Both the position numbers and the translations under genes were made by a program. From an uncultured Phycisphaerales bacterium (lineage in GTDB: Bacteria; Planctomycetota; Phycisphaerae; Tepidisphaerales; Tepidisphaeraceae), in the NCBI GenBank assembly GCA_963844715.1, contig CAWJPJ010000008.1, forward strand, positions 894,515 through 958,514: DNA of 64,000 nucleotides, written 5' to 3'. Shown here piece by piece: positions 22,357-31,519 of the stretch. The notes beneath the pieces were generated by a model, which saw only the letters and a program-made list of their open reading frames with translations, made no database searches and was not told the origin of the DNA. Position 1 is the stretch's first letter. Every line of letters begins with the position of its first letter.

Positions 22357-22857
22357 ACGGATGATGTATACGAAGCGTCACAATACTGGCCGGTTTTGAG
22401 CGCCCATTGATGGCCGGTTTTCGCGCGCCCCGCGACACGTCGGTGATGCAGGCGACGCGAGCGCCGTAATAGGTGTTGGCCGGTTCAAATACCGTGGTCG
22501 CACCGGCGGCGACGGCCTGCTTGTAGGTGGCGTCGGCGTCGTCAACACGGAGATACATCGTCGACGGCTTTGCCTTCCAAGGGGGCGGGGCTTCGTGGAC
22601 CATCACCATGGAATCACCGATCAGAACTTCCGCATGAAGCAGGGAGCCATCGGGTTTTACAAGCCTGCCTTTTTCGATTGCACCAAAGGCTTTTTTCAGA
22701 AACTCAAGTAGCTGGGTACAGTTGGGAAGTTTCAGGTACGGGGTGATAGAGTGATATCCGTCGGGGATGGTTTTGGGTTTCATGGGCGGACCTGAATTGA
22801 AAGGGTATCCTTCGAGGGGAGTGTCCGCAATTGCGTCAGCGATACACCGCACCGATT

Positions 22858-24465
22858 CTACCCTGACGGAGATGGATTTCGCCGCTTCCAGTTATCCGGC
22901 AACCATTGGCTGATTTGGCTGGTCGGCGTCGTCGGCAAGTTCGCGATCAATTGTGTGAGATAGCGTTGCGGATCAACGCCGTGGCGGCGACACGTGCTGG
23001 TCATGCTGCTGAGGATCGCCGCAGTCTGGCCGCCGCGCTCGTTCGCAACGAACAAACTATTTTTGCGATTAAGCGCGATTCGCTTCATTTCTTGTTCTGT
23101 CTGGTTGTTGTCAATCGGCACGGCGCCGTCCGTCGTGAACACCTTCAGCTCCGTCCATTGGTTCAGCAGGTATCCCACTGCCTCGGACATCGGGTGCTTG
23201 GGCAACAATTGATCGCGCCAGGCGAAGAGCCGATCTTTCAACGATGACAGGATCGGGATCGATTCAGACTGACGCAACGCCAGTCGCACCGCCATGTCCA
23301 GGAGTTTGCCGCGATCTTCTACGGCGTACAGCCGCTTGATCCACCCCACGGCCTCGGTGGCGATCTGCGGATGCGATTTTTCCGCATCGACGAATTTGCG
23401 TCTTCCGTGAGCCCAACATCCAGCACGGGTGATGTCATTGCCCACCACCACGCCGTCATAGCCACCGTAAGCATCCGCCAGCAGGGTTTGCCGGTAATCC
23501 TTCAGGAACGTCGCCGGGCCGTTTCGGCTCCGGCTCAGTGTGAAATTGAACACGTTGTACGGATGGTGCTCATCACCCATGTAGACCCACATCCTGGCCT
23601 GCTTGGTCTTCCCCGGCCAAAGCATCGGCATCACCGTGTCATCGGTGCCGATCACGTGCGATTGCAGCACACGTTGAATCATCAGGTCGTACAGTGGACG
23701 CAGCAGGTCGGCCGCGTCGCCGCACCAAACGCTCTGCGTCGCGCGGTTAATCTCAAAGCCGTTGCGCGCGAAGATGTTTTGTAGCCGGTACAGCGGAAGG
23801 TAATCGCTAAATTTTGAGGTCACAACGTAGGCCAGCAGCCCCGGACCGGCCATGCCCTTGTCGATCGGCTGCGCGGGCTTGTCCGCCAGCGCAATCTGGG
23901 GATTCTCGGCGTTCTGTTCACAGTGATTGCAGGCATACTTGATTCGCACGTTCTCGATCCGCTCGAATCGGCCGGGAATGAATTCAACCTGCCAACTCGA
24001 TTCCTCGCCGATCTTCTGTCGTGTCTTCCCGCAGCACGGGCAAGGCTTGTCAGCTTCGGCCAGGTCATGCACCTTCCGGGTGACCGGCAGGTGATCGAAG
24101 GCGGCCAGATTCCGACGGCCGCGGCGAACCCGCCGAACTGTCTTGACCTCCGCATCAGGAACGTCAGCCGGCAGTTCCGCCGGATTCACCGGCCTCGCTT
24201 CCAGGTCCGTGGCGAACTCCAGCAGCAATTGGGCCACGTCGCCAAGCGTCTGGAGCCGATCGGCACGCGGACCGTAATACCACTTCTTCAGCCGCAGCAG
24301 TTCCATCTCAAGACGGAGCTTCTCGATCTCGATTTGCTGGTTGGCCCGTGACAAATCTGCGATGCGCTGGTCGCGTGTGCGAAGCTGGTCGTCGCGTTCA
24401 ACCAATAGCCGTTTGAGAATCACGGGATCATCGGGCAGGCTCGCGATGGTAGAGACATCATCCAT
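22858..24465 (-). CDS. tnpC: IS66 transposase TnpC
   Basis: Leucine zipper, CPCCG Zn motif, GTDDT, ADAYGGY, CWAHGRRKF and IDNNQTE. Confidence 0.95.
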   Translation of the reverse strand: MDDVSTIASLPDDPVILKRLLVERDDQLRTRDQRIADLSRANQQIEIEKLRLEMELLRLKKWYYGPRADRLQTLGDVAQLLLEFATDLEARPVNPAELPADVPDAEVKTVRRVRRGRRNLAAFDHLPVTRKVHDLAEADKPCPCCGKTRQKIGEESSWQVEFIPGRFERIENVRIKYACNHCEQNAENPQIALADKPAQPIDKGMAGPGLLAYVVTSKFSDYLPLYRLQNIFARNGFEINRATQSVWCGDAADLLRPLYDLMIQRVLQSHVIGTDDTVMPMLWPGKTKQARMWVYMGDEHHPYNVFNFTLSRSRNGPATFLKDYRQTLLADAYGGYDGVVVGNDITRAGCWAHGRRKFVDAEKSHPQIATEAVGWIKRLYAVEDRGKLLDMAVRLALRQSESIPILSSLKDRLFAWRDQLLPKHPMSEAVGYLLNQWTELKVFTTDGAVPIDNNQTEQEMKRIALNRKNSLFVANERGGQTAAILSSMTSTCRRHGVDPQRYLTQLIANLPTTPTSQISQWLPDNWKRRNPSPSG

Positions 24466-24503
24466 GACGATGCTATCAATACGCGCCCAATCAAAAATTG
24501 TTT

Positions 24504-24890
24504 TTACGCTGGAACTTTTTTCCGTGAATATCTCTTTACCCGCTTCACGCTCCGCAGATCGATGCCGTCCAGCATCATCGCCAATTCGCTGGCACGCAGT
24601 TCCACGGACCTTTTATCGCCGTCGATTCGCGGCAGCTTGAACGTGCCTTCTTCCAGGCGCTTATACCACAACGCCCAGCCGTCTCGGTCAAAGTAAAGGA
24701 TTTTCAACCGATCACCATGACGGCCGCGAAAGAGAAACAGATGTCCGTCCAGAGGATTCTGCTCCGTCACCGCCCCGGCCAGTTCCGCCAGACGATCAAA
24801 TCCGCAACGCATGTCCGCCGGTGCCGTCGCCAGCCAGATGCGCGTCGAGGTTGAATCGTCCAAGGATGAAAGCGTCGGCAGGCCAATCAC
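24504..24890 (-). CDS. tnpB: IS66 accessory protein TnpB
   Basis: DMRCGFDRL, LFLFRG, LKILYFD and KRLEEGTF. Confidence 0.93.
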   Translation of the reverse strand: MIGLPTLSSLDDSTSTRIWLATAPADMRCGFDRLAELAGAVTEQNPLDGHLFLFRGRHGDRLKILYFDRDGWALWYKRLEEGTFKLPRIDGDKRSVELRASELAMMLDGIDLRSVKRVKRYSRKKVPA

Positions 24891-25210
24891 GCGACACTCT
24901 CCAAGGCGCGGACCACCTCAACCAAAAGATCACGGTCGAACCCGCGCCGCACCAGCAGACGACGCTCGCCGCGCAGGCAAATCTCGATCGCTTCAGACGC
25001 CGAAGTTTTCGCAGATTTCACCTCGACGAACACAGGCGCCGACGAACGATTCCGCTTCCTTGGCGAGCGCAATCGCCGTTTCCAAGCATAGAAGGCGCTG
25101 TCTTTGATCCCGCGATCGCGACAATAGGCTGCCACGGTCAGCCCGCTAAATCGCTGTCCGTCAATGATCTGGCGCCACTCTTCCGGGCTTGGGCGCTGTG
25201 CTTTGTTCAT
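24887..25210 (-). CDS. tnpA: IS66 accessory protein TnpA
   Basis: WRQII...SGLTVAAYC...FYAWKRRL HTH. Confidence 0.9.
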   Translation of the reverse strand: MNKAQRPSPEEWRQIIDGQRFSGLTVAAYCRDRGIKDSAFYAWKRRLRSPRKRNRSSAPVFVEVKSAKTSASEAIEICLRGERRLLVRRGFDRDLLVEVVRALESVA

Positions 25211-25278
25211 GCCGCGTCAGTGTGCCGACAGCCAGCCCAAGAAAAAAGATGCAGTTTACATATCGCACACCTTATTCC

Positions 25279-25782
25279 GCCATCGGCATTCCCATTCTCG
25301 ACCGGCACGAACTGGCTGCTGGCAAATTCGCCGCTCTGGTGGCCCGTCACGCCAGCCGCGATCTATTCGATGCGCATCAAATGCTCGCCACACAGACCTT
25401 CGAACCGGAGAAACTGCGGCTGGGATTTGTCCTCTATGGAGCGATGAATCGGAAAGACTGGCGCACGGTGAGCGTTACCGATGTCGCCTTTGATGAGCGA
25501 GAACTCCAGGAGCAACTCATTCCACTGCTCAGCGATTCGGCGATTCAATCACTCGGCGCAGGCGTTCAATGGGCTGTCCGGATCGTGGATGAATGCCGAA
25601 CGTCGCTTGCTATTGTGTTGCCGCTCCGACCGCCGGAATTGGAATTTCTCGAACGGATCAATCAGCATGGCGAAATCCGGCCGGACCTGCTCACCTCCGA
25701 TCCCGCCATGACAGGAAAAATTTTGCAACACCCCCAGCTCCTCTGGAAGGCATTGAACGTCAACCAGCACAAGAAGACGTAG
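25279..25782 (+). pseudogene. abiEii: AbiEii toxin, 3' part
   Basis: ELAAGKFAAL..R.ASRDLFD motif; in frame with 19096-19560. Confidence 0.85.
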
Positions 25783-25968
25783 CGGCGCCTTCGTCGGGGT
25801 ATTTGCCCGACGAAGACACTCATTTTCCTGTACACAAAACTGTACACACTTTTTTGAGAAACATGGCAAATAAGGGTATCATGGAGCCTCACGGCCCAGG
25901 GTTGTAAATCCCTGGGGATGTCAGAAGTTCCAGCTATCGTCAGCACTTGCGGTTTTTGAGCGGATTAC

Positions 25969-26012
25969 GCTCATAACCCGGAGGTCGGAGGTTCGAATCC
26001 TCCCCCCGCTAC
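25969..26012 (+). pseudogene. 3' half of tRNA-Met(CAT), attachment site
   Basis: GCTCATAACCCGGAGGTCGGAGGTTCGAATCCTCCCCCCGCTA gives anticodon loop, T-arm and acceptor 3' strand; no 5' half upstream. Confidence 0.85.
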
Positions 26013-26021
26013 TTCCCTTAC

Positions 26022-26066
26022 TCAGGCAGAGCCAACAACTTATGTGGCTCTGCCTGATTTTATTTT
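26022..26066 (+). terminator. Intrinsic terminator after the tRNA fragment
   Basis: TCAGGCAGAGCCA / TGGCTCTGCCTGA 13-bp stem followed by TTTTATTTT. Confidence 0.7.
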
Positions 26067-26083
26067 AGGGGCACGTTTCGTCG

Positions 26084-26102
26084 CTTCCCCTAAACTTCCC
26101 CT
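26084..26102 (+). repeat. Putative integrase arm-type site pair (left)
   Basis: CTTCCCCT-AAA-CTTCCCCT, identical at 47979-47997. Confidence 0.7.
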
Positions 26103-26182
26103 GTGGATGTGCACTTCATGCAGAGCCGGTACTCGTTGCGGCTTTGTTTCGAGCGCGTTGGCGCTCGAGGAGGTATGCGTCC

Positions 26183-27316
26183 ATGGCCAGTCTTCTCAAA
26201 CGCGGAAGCAAGTTCTATATTCGCGTGTATGTCAATGGGAAAGCGAAGGATATCGCGACCAAAACGACCAACATCAAGATCGCGGAAAAGCTGTTGCAGA
26301 AGGTGGAATACGAGAATGCCACCGGCCAGCTTGCCACGGCAACCAGAACGCCGCTGGCCAAGCTGCTTGAGGATTTCGTCGCCCATCTCAGCGCAAACCA
26401 TCGGCAAAAGTCGGTCAAGAATGATCTCTCCCGGCTGCGGATGATCTTTGGTCCGCTGACGCCAGCCTTGGAACTTGCCACCAAAAAGGACAATTTGACA
26501 GGGGAAGTTCAGGGGAAGCCGCAAGAGCCGGAAGCCGCGGAACCGCCCCGTGTGGTGGCCGAATATGCCGAACAAATCAATCCACCGCTGATCAACCGTT
26601 ACCTGGATCACCGCGCGGCGGTGGTCGGCCCGAAAACTCTGAACGCCGACCGTGAAATTCTCTACCGGCTGTTCCGGTACGCCATCGAGCATCACGGCCT
26701 GGTCTATCCCGATCCACGCCTCAAGAATCCGGTGGATGGCGTTCGTCCCCGAAAGCTCCTGGCGCATGACATCCGATTTCTCAACCCTGAGCAGATTAAA
26801 GTGCAGTTGGAAGCCGTAAAGGATAAATCGGCACTGCATGCCGCCGTTGCGATTTTGATCTACGCTGGCCTTCGCCGCGAAGAGGCGTTGTGGCTCACGC
26901 GCGAGGATCTGGACCGCAAAGCGGGCTTGATTCGCATCCGGGCCAAAACGATCGACGGCCAATTTTGGCAACCGAAGACTGGGCGAAATCGCTCCGTACC
27001 GATCAGCACCGCGCTCGCTGCGGTCTTGGACAAATACAAACCATCGGCAGCCGGGCCTTGGTTGCTGCCAAGTCCCGAAGGCGTCCGATGGGACCCGGAT
27101 AATTTCAGCCATAAGCTTGCTGACGAGAATGCGAAGGCAAAGCTGCCGTGGACGTGTTTGGATTTTCGGCACACGTTTGGTTCGATGCTGGCCCAGCGCG
27201 GCATCAGCCTGTACAAAATCAGCGCGATGATGGGAAACTCGCCGGAGATTTGCCGCCGCCACTATGCGGCGCTCATCCCGGACCAGTTTGTCGGCGACGT
27301 GAATTTCGCGGCCTGA
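26183..27316 (+). CDS. Tyrosine recombinase/integrase
   Basis: GGAGG RBS; YAGLRREE, PKT, DFRHTF, MGNS and RRHYA catalytic-type motifs; next to the att site. Confidence 0.92.
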   Translation: MASLLKRGSKFYIRVYVNGKAKDIATKTTNIKIAEKLLQKVEYENATGQLATATRTPLAKLLEDFVAHLSANHRQKSVKNDLSRLRMIFGPLTPALELATKKDNLTGEVQGKPQEPEAAEPPRVVAEYAEQINPPLINRYLDHRAAVVGPKTLNADREILYRLFRYAIEHHGLVYPDPRLKNPVDGVRPRKLLAHDIRFLNPEQIKVQLEAVKDKSALHAAVAILIYAGLRREEALWLTREDLDRKAGLIRIRAKTIDGQFWQPKTGRNRSVPISTALAAVLDKYKPSAAGPWLLPSPEGVRWDPDNFSHKLADENAKAKLPWTCLDFRHTFGSMLAQRGISLYKISAMMGNSPEICRRHYAALIPDQFVGDVNFAA

Positions 27317-27368
27317 GTGCAGTGCGTCAAAGCTGAACGCGCGCACCGCGAGGACGGACCGGTTTGTG

Positions 27369-27950
27369 ATGGCGAAGGAACATCCCAATTTCCCGCGACT
27401 GCTGGAGGCGATGAAAGTCGCCGCTGGTCGCGCTCGGCCATGGGCGGGCACTATCTTTCGCTCCGCGCCGCCGAAATGGGCCACCGGCAAGGAAATGCTC
27501 ACCGGCGTTGGGAGCATGAAGTCCGGCGCTCGGTTTAACGCGCCCGGTAGCTTCCCCGCCATTTACGGCAGCACGACGCCAGAACTGGCCATGATTGAAT
27601 CGTTGGCCTATCAGCGCCGCGCCAATCTTCCGTTGGAGCGGGCAATGCCATTAGTGTTCAAAGCCATCTCGGTCGATGTCCAGCGGTGTGTGGACCTAAC
27701 CGAAGCCGTGGTACTCGCCGATATCGGTCTGACACTCGATCAGATTCGGACCGAAACTTGGTGGCTGGCTCGGGCTCGCGGCGAGGAATCTTTGACTCAA
27801 GCGATTGGCCGGGCCGCTCACGACTACGGCATCCAGTCGCTCATGGCCGCATCAGCGCACGCCGTGGATCAGGGCCTCAACGTCATTGTATTACCGGACC
27901 ACCTCAAGCCGCCCAGCCGCGTAGCAGTGCTTCGACGCCCCACGAAATAA
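27369..27950 (+). CDS. RES-domain toxin
   Basis: GARFN, IYGS..PELAMIE, TQAIG and AASA...NVIVL motifs. Confidence 0.85.
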   Translation: MAKEHPNFPRLLEAMKVAAGRARPWAGTIFRSAPPKWATGKEMLTGVGSMKSGARFNAPGSFPAIYGSTTPELAMIESLAYQRRANLPLERAMPLVFKAISVDVQRCVDLTEAVVLADIGLTLDQIRTETWWLARARGEESLTQAIGRAAHDYGIQSLMAASAHAVDQGLNVIVLPDHLKPPSRVAVLRRPTK

Positions 27951-28051
27951 TGGCCTCAATCGTCGATATGAATCCATACACGCACATTTGCGTGTTACCG
28001 TGCTTGACTTTTTGCACGATATAGGCAAGGATGTCTTAAGAGGTGACGATC

Positions 28052-28441
28052 ATGGCCACGGCGATAAAGCACTCTCGCGTTCATTCGAAGGTACACAAGC
28101 CGGTTTCCGGTCAGTCCGCCGGCGTCGAGGTGCGCGATTTGCGACGACGCCACGCGCTATCCCAGGGCCTTCTGGCTCGACTGCTTGACGTATCGCTGCG
28201 CACGGTCTCCGGTTTGGAATCCGGATCGGTCGTCCCGGCACAGCTTCGGCGAAACTTGGTGCAGGTGAATCGCCTCTGTGGTGCGTTGGCCGAAGCAATG
28301 GAATCCAGCTACGTCGGCCGCTGGTTGGATGAGCCAAACGAAATGCTTGCCGGCCTTAAACCGGTTGAAGCGGTCGAGCGAGGTCAGATCGACTTGGTAT
28401 GGCAGGTGGTCGAGGGATTGCGTTCAGGGTCGCAGCTATAG
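28052..28441 (+). CDS. Xre/MbcA/ParS-type antitoxin
   Basis: Xre HTH (LSQGLLARLLDVSLRTVSGLE) plus C-terminal WLDEPNEML.G.KP motif. Confidence 0.85.
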   Translation: MATAIKHSRVHSKVHKPVSGQSAGVEVRDLRRRHALSQGLLARLLDVSLRTVSGLESGSVVPAQLRRNLVQVNRLCGALAEAMESSYVGRWLDEPNEMLAGLKPVEAVERGQIDLVWQVVEGLRSGSQL

Positions 28442-28483
28442 CGCCTGCGCCTGTCGCTCGTGTGGATAACTTCCCATCTAACG

Positions 28484-28513
28484 CGAAGACCCCGCTCGAA
28501 CGCGGGGTCTTCG
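28484..28513. terminator. Hairpin terminator between convergent genes
   Basis: CGAAGACCCCGC / GCGGGGTCTTCG 12-bp stem. Confidence 0.6.
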
Positions 28514-28545
28514 TTTCCCTTACTCAGACAGAACAAAGAAATCAT

Positions 28546-28791
28546 CTATGGTTCACGGCACCTCCTTTCGTAATCTTCGATATCCTTGAGCAGGTATCGC
28601 ACGATGCCGTGCTTTCCATGCCCAAGGCAAAATGCTTTCACGCCCGCGGCCTCCAGATTTCGCCGCACGGTACTTCGATCACAGGCCCACCGATCGGCAA
28701 CCGCCTTCAGGGAAACGTATCTTCCGCTGACCGTCTCGCTCTTCGATTGAGGTGATTTGGCCGACTCAGGCCATGCCAATTGATTGCTCAT
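28546..28791 (-). CDS. Small HTH protein, excisionase/AlpA-like
   Basis: YVSLKAVADRWACDRSTVRR...VRYLLKDIEDY. Confidence 0.65.
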   Translation of the reverse strand: MSNQLAWPESAKSPQSKSETVSGRYVSLKAVADRWACDRSTVRRNLEAAGVKAFCLGHGKHGIVRYLLKDIEDYERRCREP

Positions 28792-29044
28792 GGGTATTTC
28801 TGCCTTCTTAGGTCACAAAGGCTGACAGCATTGATCGTCTTCGACCGCCACCCGGACCTTCGCCGCTCTCCTCACAACCGGAGTTAGCATATTGTTCGGT
28901 ATTGTCGAAGTCAACGGTTTATTTGACTTTATTCTTCCTGACGGGCAGTGTTCGCTTTCGCGGCGCGCATTCACTGTTAGCGACACAGCGTTTGGCATAT
29001 TTAACCCCTTGCATACCGATGCATTAAGCCATAGAATGTGCCTT

Positions 29045-29296
29045 ATGGCCACTTCTCGCCAAACCCGCGGCGCTTCCAAACCGGAACCATCCCCCAAAAC
29101 GGTGCAAAGGACTTATCGGTTTGACAACAAGACTTTTGCTGCGTTTGAAGATGACTGCGCTCAGCATTTATCTAATCCGAAGCGGGTCATAGAAGCTCTG
29201 ATCCTCCACTGGTTGGACGCGAGTGCCGAAGAGCGTGCCGCAATGGCTCAAATACATCGCCAGCGGATCGGGGCTGGTTCTCAGGACGAAGAATGA
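29045..29296 (+). CDS. Small putative ribbon-helix-helix regulator
   Basis: VQRTYRFD alternating strand followed by two helices. Confidence 0.45.
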   Translation: MATSRQTRGASKPEPSPKTVQRTYRFDNKTFAAFEDDCAQHLSNPKRVIEALILHWLDASAEERAAMAQIHRQRIGAGSQDEE

Positions 29297-29688
29297 GCCG
29301 CTTCGCATGAGAGTCTCGATTCGCAACGGTGTGGCCGTTCGCCTTTGGTGATGCCGCGTCCAAAGGCCCCAGTGCGGTTGATTTCTAATAGCTGGGGCGA
29401 ATCCCGTCCACGGCGTTGCATTCTCAACTCTTTGTCTATCCCCCTCTACGAAATTAGCGTCTCGCCAACTACTGCATCTTGATGCGGACGTTTCGTTGCG
29501 CCCGGCGATCGCGCCACTCCACGGCGTCTCGCTGATTCGGACGCTCGAACAAATTCAAACGAACCAAACAAAATACGAACTTTATTCTTGACTCGGATGT
29601 TCGGCATGTGTACGGTATTGTCCATACCGATTAAGTCATCGAATTATTCGATGCGGATCGGTAGTGCTTAATCAATAGGAGTCATGCC

Positions 29689-30030
29689 ATGAAAAGCCGA
29701 ATTCTGCATCGATCCTCGCTGCTGGTGCCGACACTCGTCGGGGCAGCGATGTCCATCGCAATTCCAAACACCGCTCGCGCCGCGGCCGCCAACGGTGGCC
29801 AGCCGCTCCCGTGGGAGGGTCCATTGAACCAAGTGCTGGCCAGCTTCACGGGTCCGGTGGCTAAGGCGCTGTGCATCCTGGCCATCGTGGTCATCGGATT
29901 CGGTTTCGCCTTCAGCGAAGGCGGCGGACTCCGTCGCATCCTCGGTCTGCTGCTGGGCGTTTCGATTGCGGTCACGGCCACCAGCTTCGGCGTGACGTTC
30001 TTCGGTTTCGATGGCGGCGCTGGCTGGTAA
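29689..30030 (+). CDS. trbC: Conjugal pilin TrbC/VirB2
   Basis: LPWEGPL...TGPVAK motif and two hydrophobic segments; AGGAG RBS. Confidence 0.88.
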   Translation: MKSRILHRSSLLVPTLVGAAMSIAIPNTARAAAANGGQPLPWEGPLNQVLASFTGPVAKALCILAIVVIGFGFAFSEGGGLRRILGLLLGVSIAVTATSFGVTFFGFDGGAGW

Positions 30031-30073
30031 TGGTTCGACGAGCTCACCGCCGGTGGAAACGCTCAGCAGGAGA

Positions 30074-30349
30074 ATGGCTATGTCGCGCCCCGAAGAAATC
30101 GAAGGTTACGAAGTGCCGCTCCATGTGGCCCTGACCCAGCCGATACTCATGGGCGGCGCGCCGCGGACATTCGCCATTCTCAACGGCACCGTCGCCCTGG
30201 TGGTCGGAATGGGTTTGCACCTGTGGTGGCTTGGATTTCCAGCGGGCGCGGGTCTGCACATGGCGGCGGTGCTAATGAGCAAACGCGACCCGCACTGGTT
30301 TGACATTTTTCGGCGTCATGTCCGTCAGCCGACGCATTTGGATTCGTGA
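30074..30349 (+). CDS. trbD: TrbD/VirB3
   Basis: VPLHVALTQPILMGGAPR...KRDP. Confidence 0.88.
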   Translation: MAMSRPEEIEGYEVPLHVALTQPILMGGAPRTFAILNGTVALVVGMGLHLWWLGFPAGAGLHMAAVLMSKRDPHWFDIFRRHVRQPTHLDS

Positions 30350-30389
30350 CCCCCCCTAATCCCCCTGACCTCCGTTGGGAGATACGTTC

Positions 30390-31519
30390 ATGTGGAACCT
30401 CGGCGAATATAGCAAACATCCGCAGCGCCTCGCTGACCATCTGCCTTGGGCAACGCTCATCGCGCCTGGCGTGATGCTCAATAAAGATGGCAGCTTACAG
30501 AAAACCATCGCGTTTCGCGGTCCCGATCTGGACAGTTCAACGCCTTACGAACTCGTTGCGGCACGCGCCCGGATGAACAACGTGCTCCGTCGCCTCGGTT
30601 CTCACTGGTGCGTGCATGTGGAGGCGTCAAGGCGATTGGCGCATGTCCATCCGGCCAGCGACTTCCCCAATCCCGTCGCGGCAATGATCGATCAGGAACG
30701 CCGCGATTCTTTCACGGCGGATGCCCTTCACTTTGAAAGCCAGTGTTTCATCACCTTCACCTATCTGCCGCCGGCGGAAGGTATGACGCGGCTGGGCGAT
30801 TTCTTCATCGACCGGCCCAACAACAAAGTGGATGGGCGCGTTTCTTACCGGGCCCACTTCGATCATTTCCTGGGACAGGTGGATCAGATCGTGAACCTTA
30901 TGGCTTCCTTCATGCCCGAAGTCCATCCGCTGGATGATGGCGCGACACTCACCTACCTGCATTCGTGCATTTCGGATCGGCGGTTGACGGTCGCCGTGCC
31001 GGACGTTCCGTTCTATCTGGACGAAATGATTACCGATCGGCCCTTGGCAGGCGGCCTTTCGCCGCGTCTCGGACGGCTCTTTCTCAAAACCGTCTCGGTC
31101 CGCGCTTATGTCAATCGCACGCTTCCCTGCCTGCTGGACCGCCTGAACGAACTACCGATCGAATACCGGTGGATCGGACGCTACCTGCCGATGGACAAAA
31201 CCGATGCCACGCGCCAACTGAACAAACTGCGCCGCCAGTGGTTCGCCAAGCGCAAGGGGATGGTAACCCTGCTGAAAGAAGCCATCACCAAACAGGAATC
31301 CAAGCTGGAGGATTCCGACAGCTTGAACAAGTCCGAAGATGTCGATGCCGCCCTACAGGAACTCGGCGGCGATCACTGCTCGTTCGGGGACTTCACGCTG
31401 ACTATCACGGTCTGGGATGAAGATGAGCAAACCGCGACGGAAAAGGCGCGGGCGGTTCAACAAGTCGTCGATGGCGTGGGCCTCGTTACTGAGATCGAAG
31501 ATTTCAACGCGGTGGCGGC
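30390..31519 (+). pseudogene. trbE: TrbE/VirB4, 3'-truncated with the ATPase domain missing
   Basis: LADHLPWA, NKDGS.Q, FRGPDLDS and WFAKRK; homology stops at EDFNAV and no Walker A is present. Confidence 0.85.

Larger units (their letters stand above)
19789..22437 (+). mobile_element. IS21-family insertion sequence
   Basis: TG...CA ends; IRs TGTCAGCAGGCGCGCAAAACCGGCCA / TGTCGCGGGGCGCGCGAAAACCGGCCA with repeated AAAACCGGCCA boxes; 7-bp TSD CGTCGGT (19782-19788, 22438-22444), single in the empty copy. Confidence 0.95.
19642..22783 (-). pseudogene. VOC/PhnB-like gene interrupted by IS21
   Basis: Same as intact copy 38854-39339 but split at ACITDV. Confidence 0.85.
19561..25270 (-). mobile_element. 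IS66-family element with VOC passenger gene (copy 1), containing a nested IS21
   Basis: Imperfect 23-bp IRs (GTGTGCGATATGTAAACTGCATC / GTGTCCGCTGGATAAACCGCATC); 8-bp TSD CTTATTCC at 19553-19560 and 25271-25278; tnpABC; 3054 bp without the IS21. Confidence 0.95.

Noticed and set aside
25935..26012. Intact tRNA-Met gene
   Set aside because: No 5' acceptor strand or D-arm, and the 5' anticodon stem cannot pair with the 3' strand; only the 3' half is present.
26090..27562. Long antisense ORFs (also 20051-21274, 31888-33204, 53502-54443)
   Set aside because: They are shadow frames opposite well-supported genes in GC-rich DNA and have no recognisable motifs.
28461..28469. Perfect DnaA box TGTGGATAA
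   Set aside because: Single copy, with no box cluster or AT-rich unwinding region nearby.
29545..29665. GAAC-rich repeats and the palindrome CATCGAATTATTCGATG upstream of trbC as LexA box or oriT
   Set aside because: Possibly regulatory, but the spacing matches no consensus I can support and no relaxase is present.
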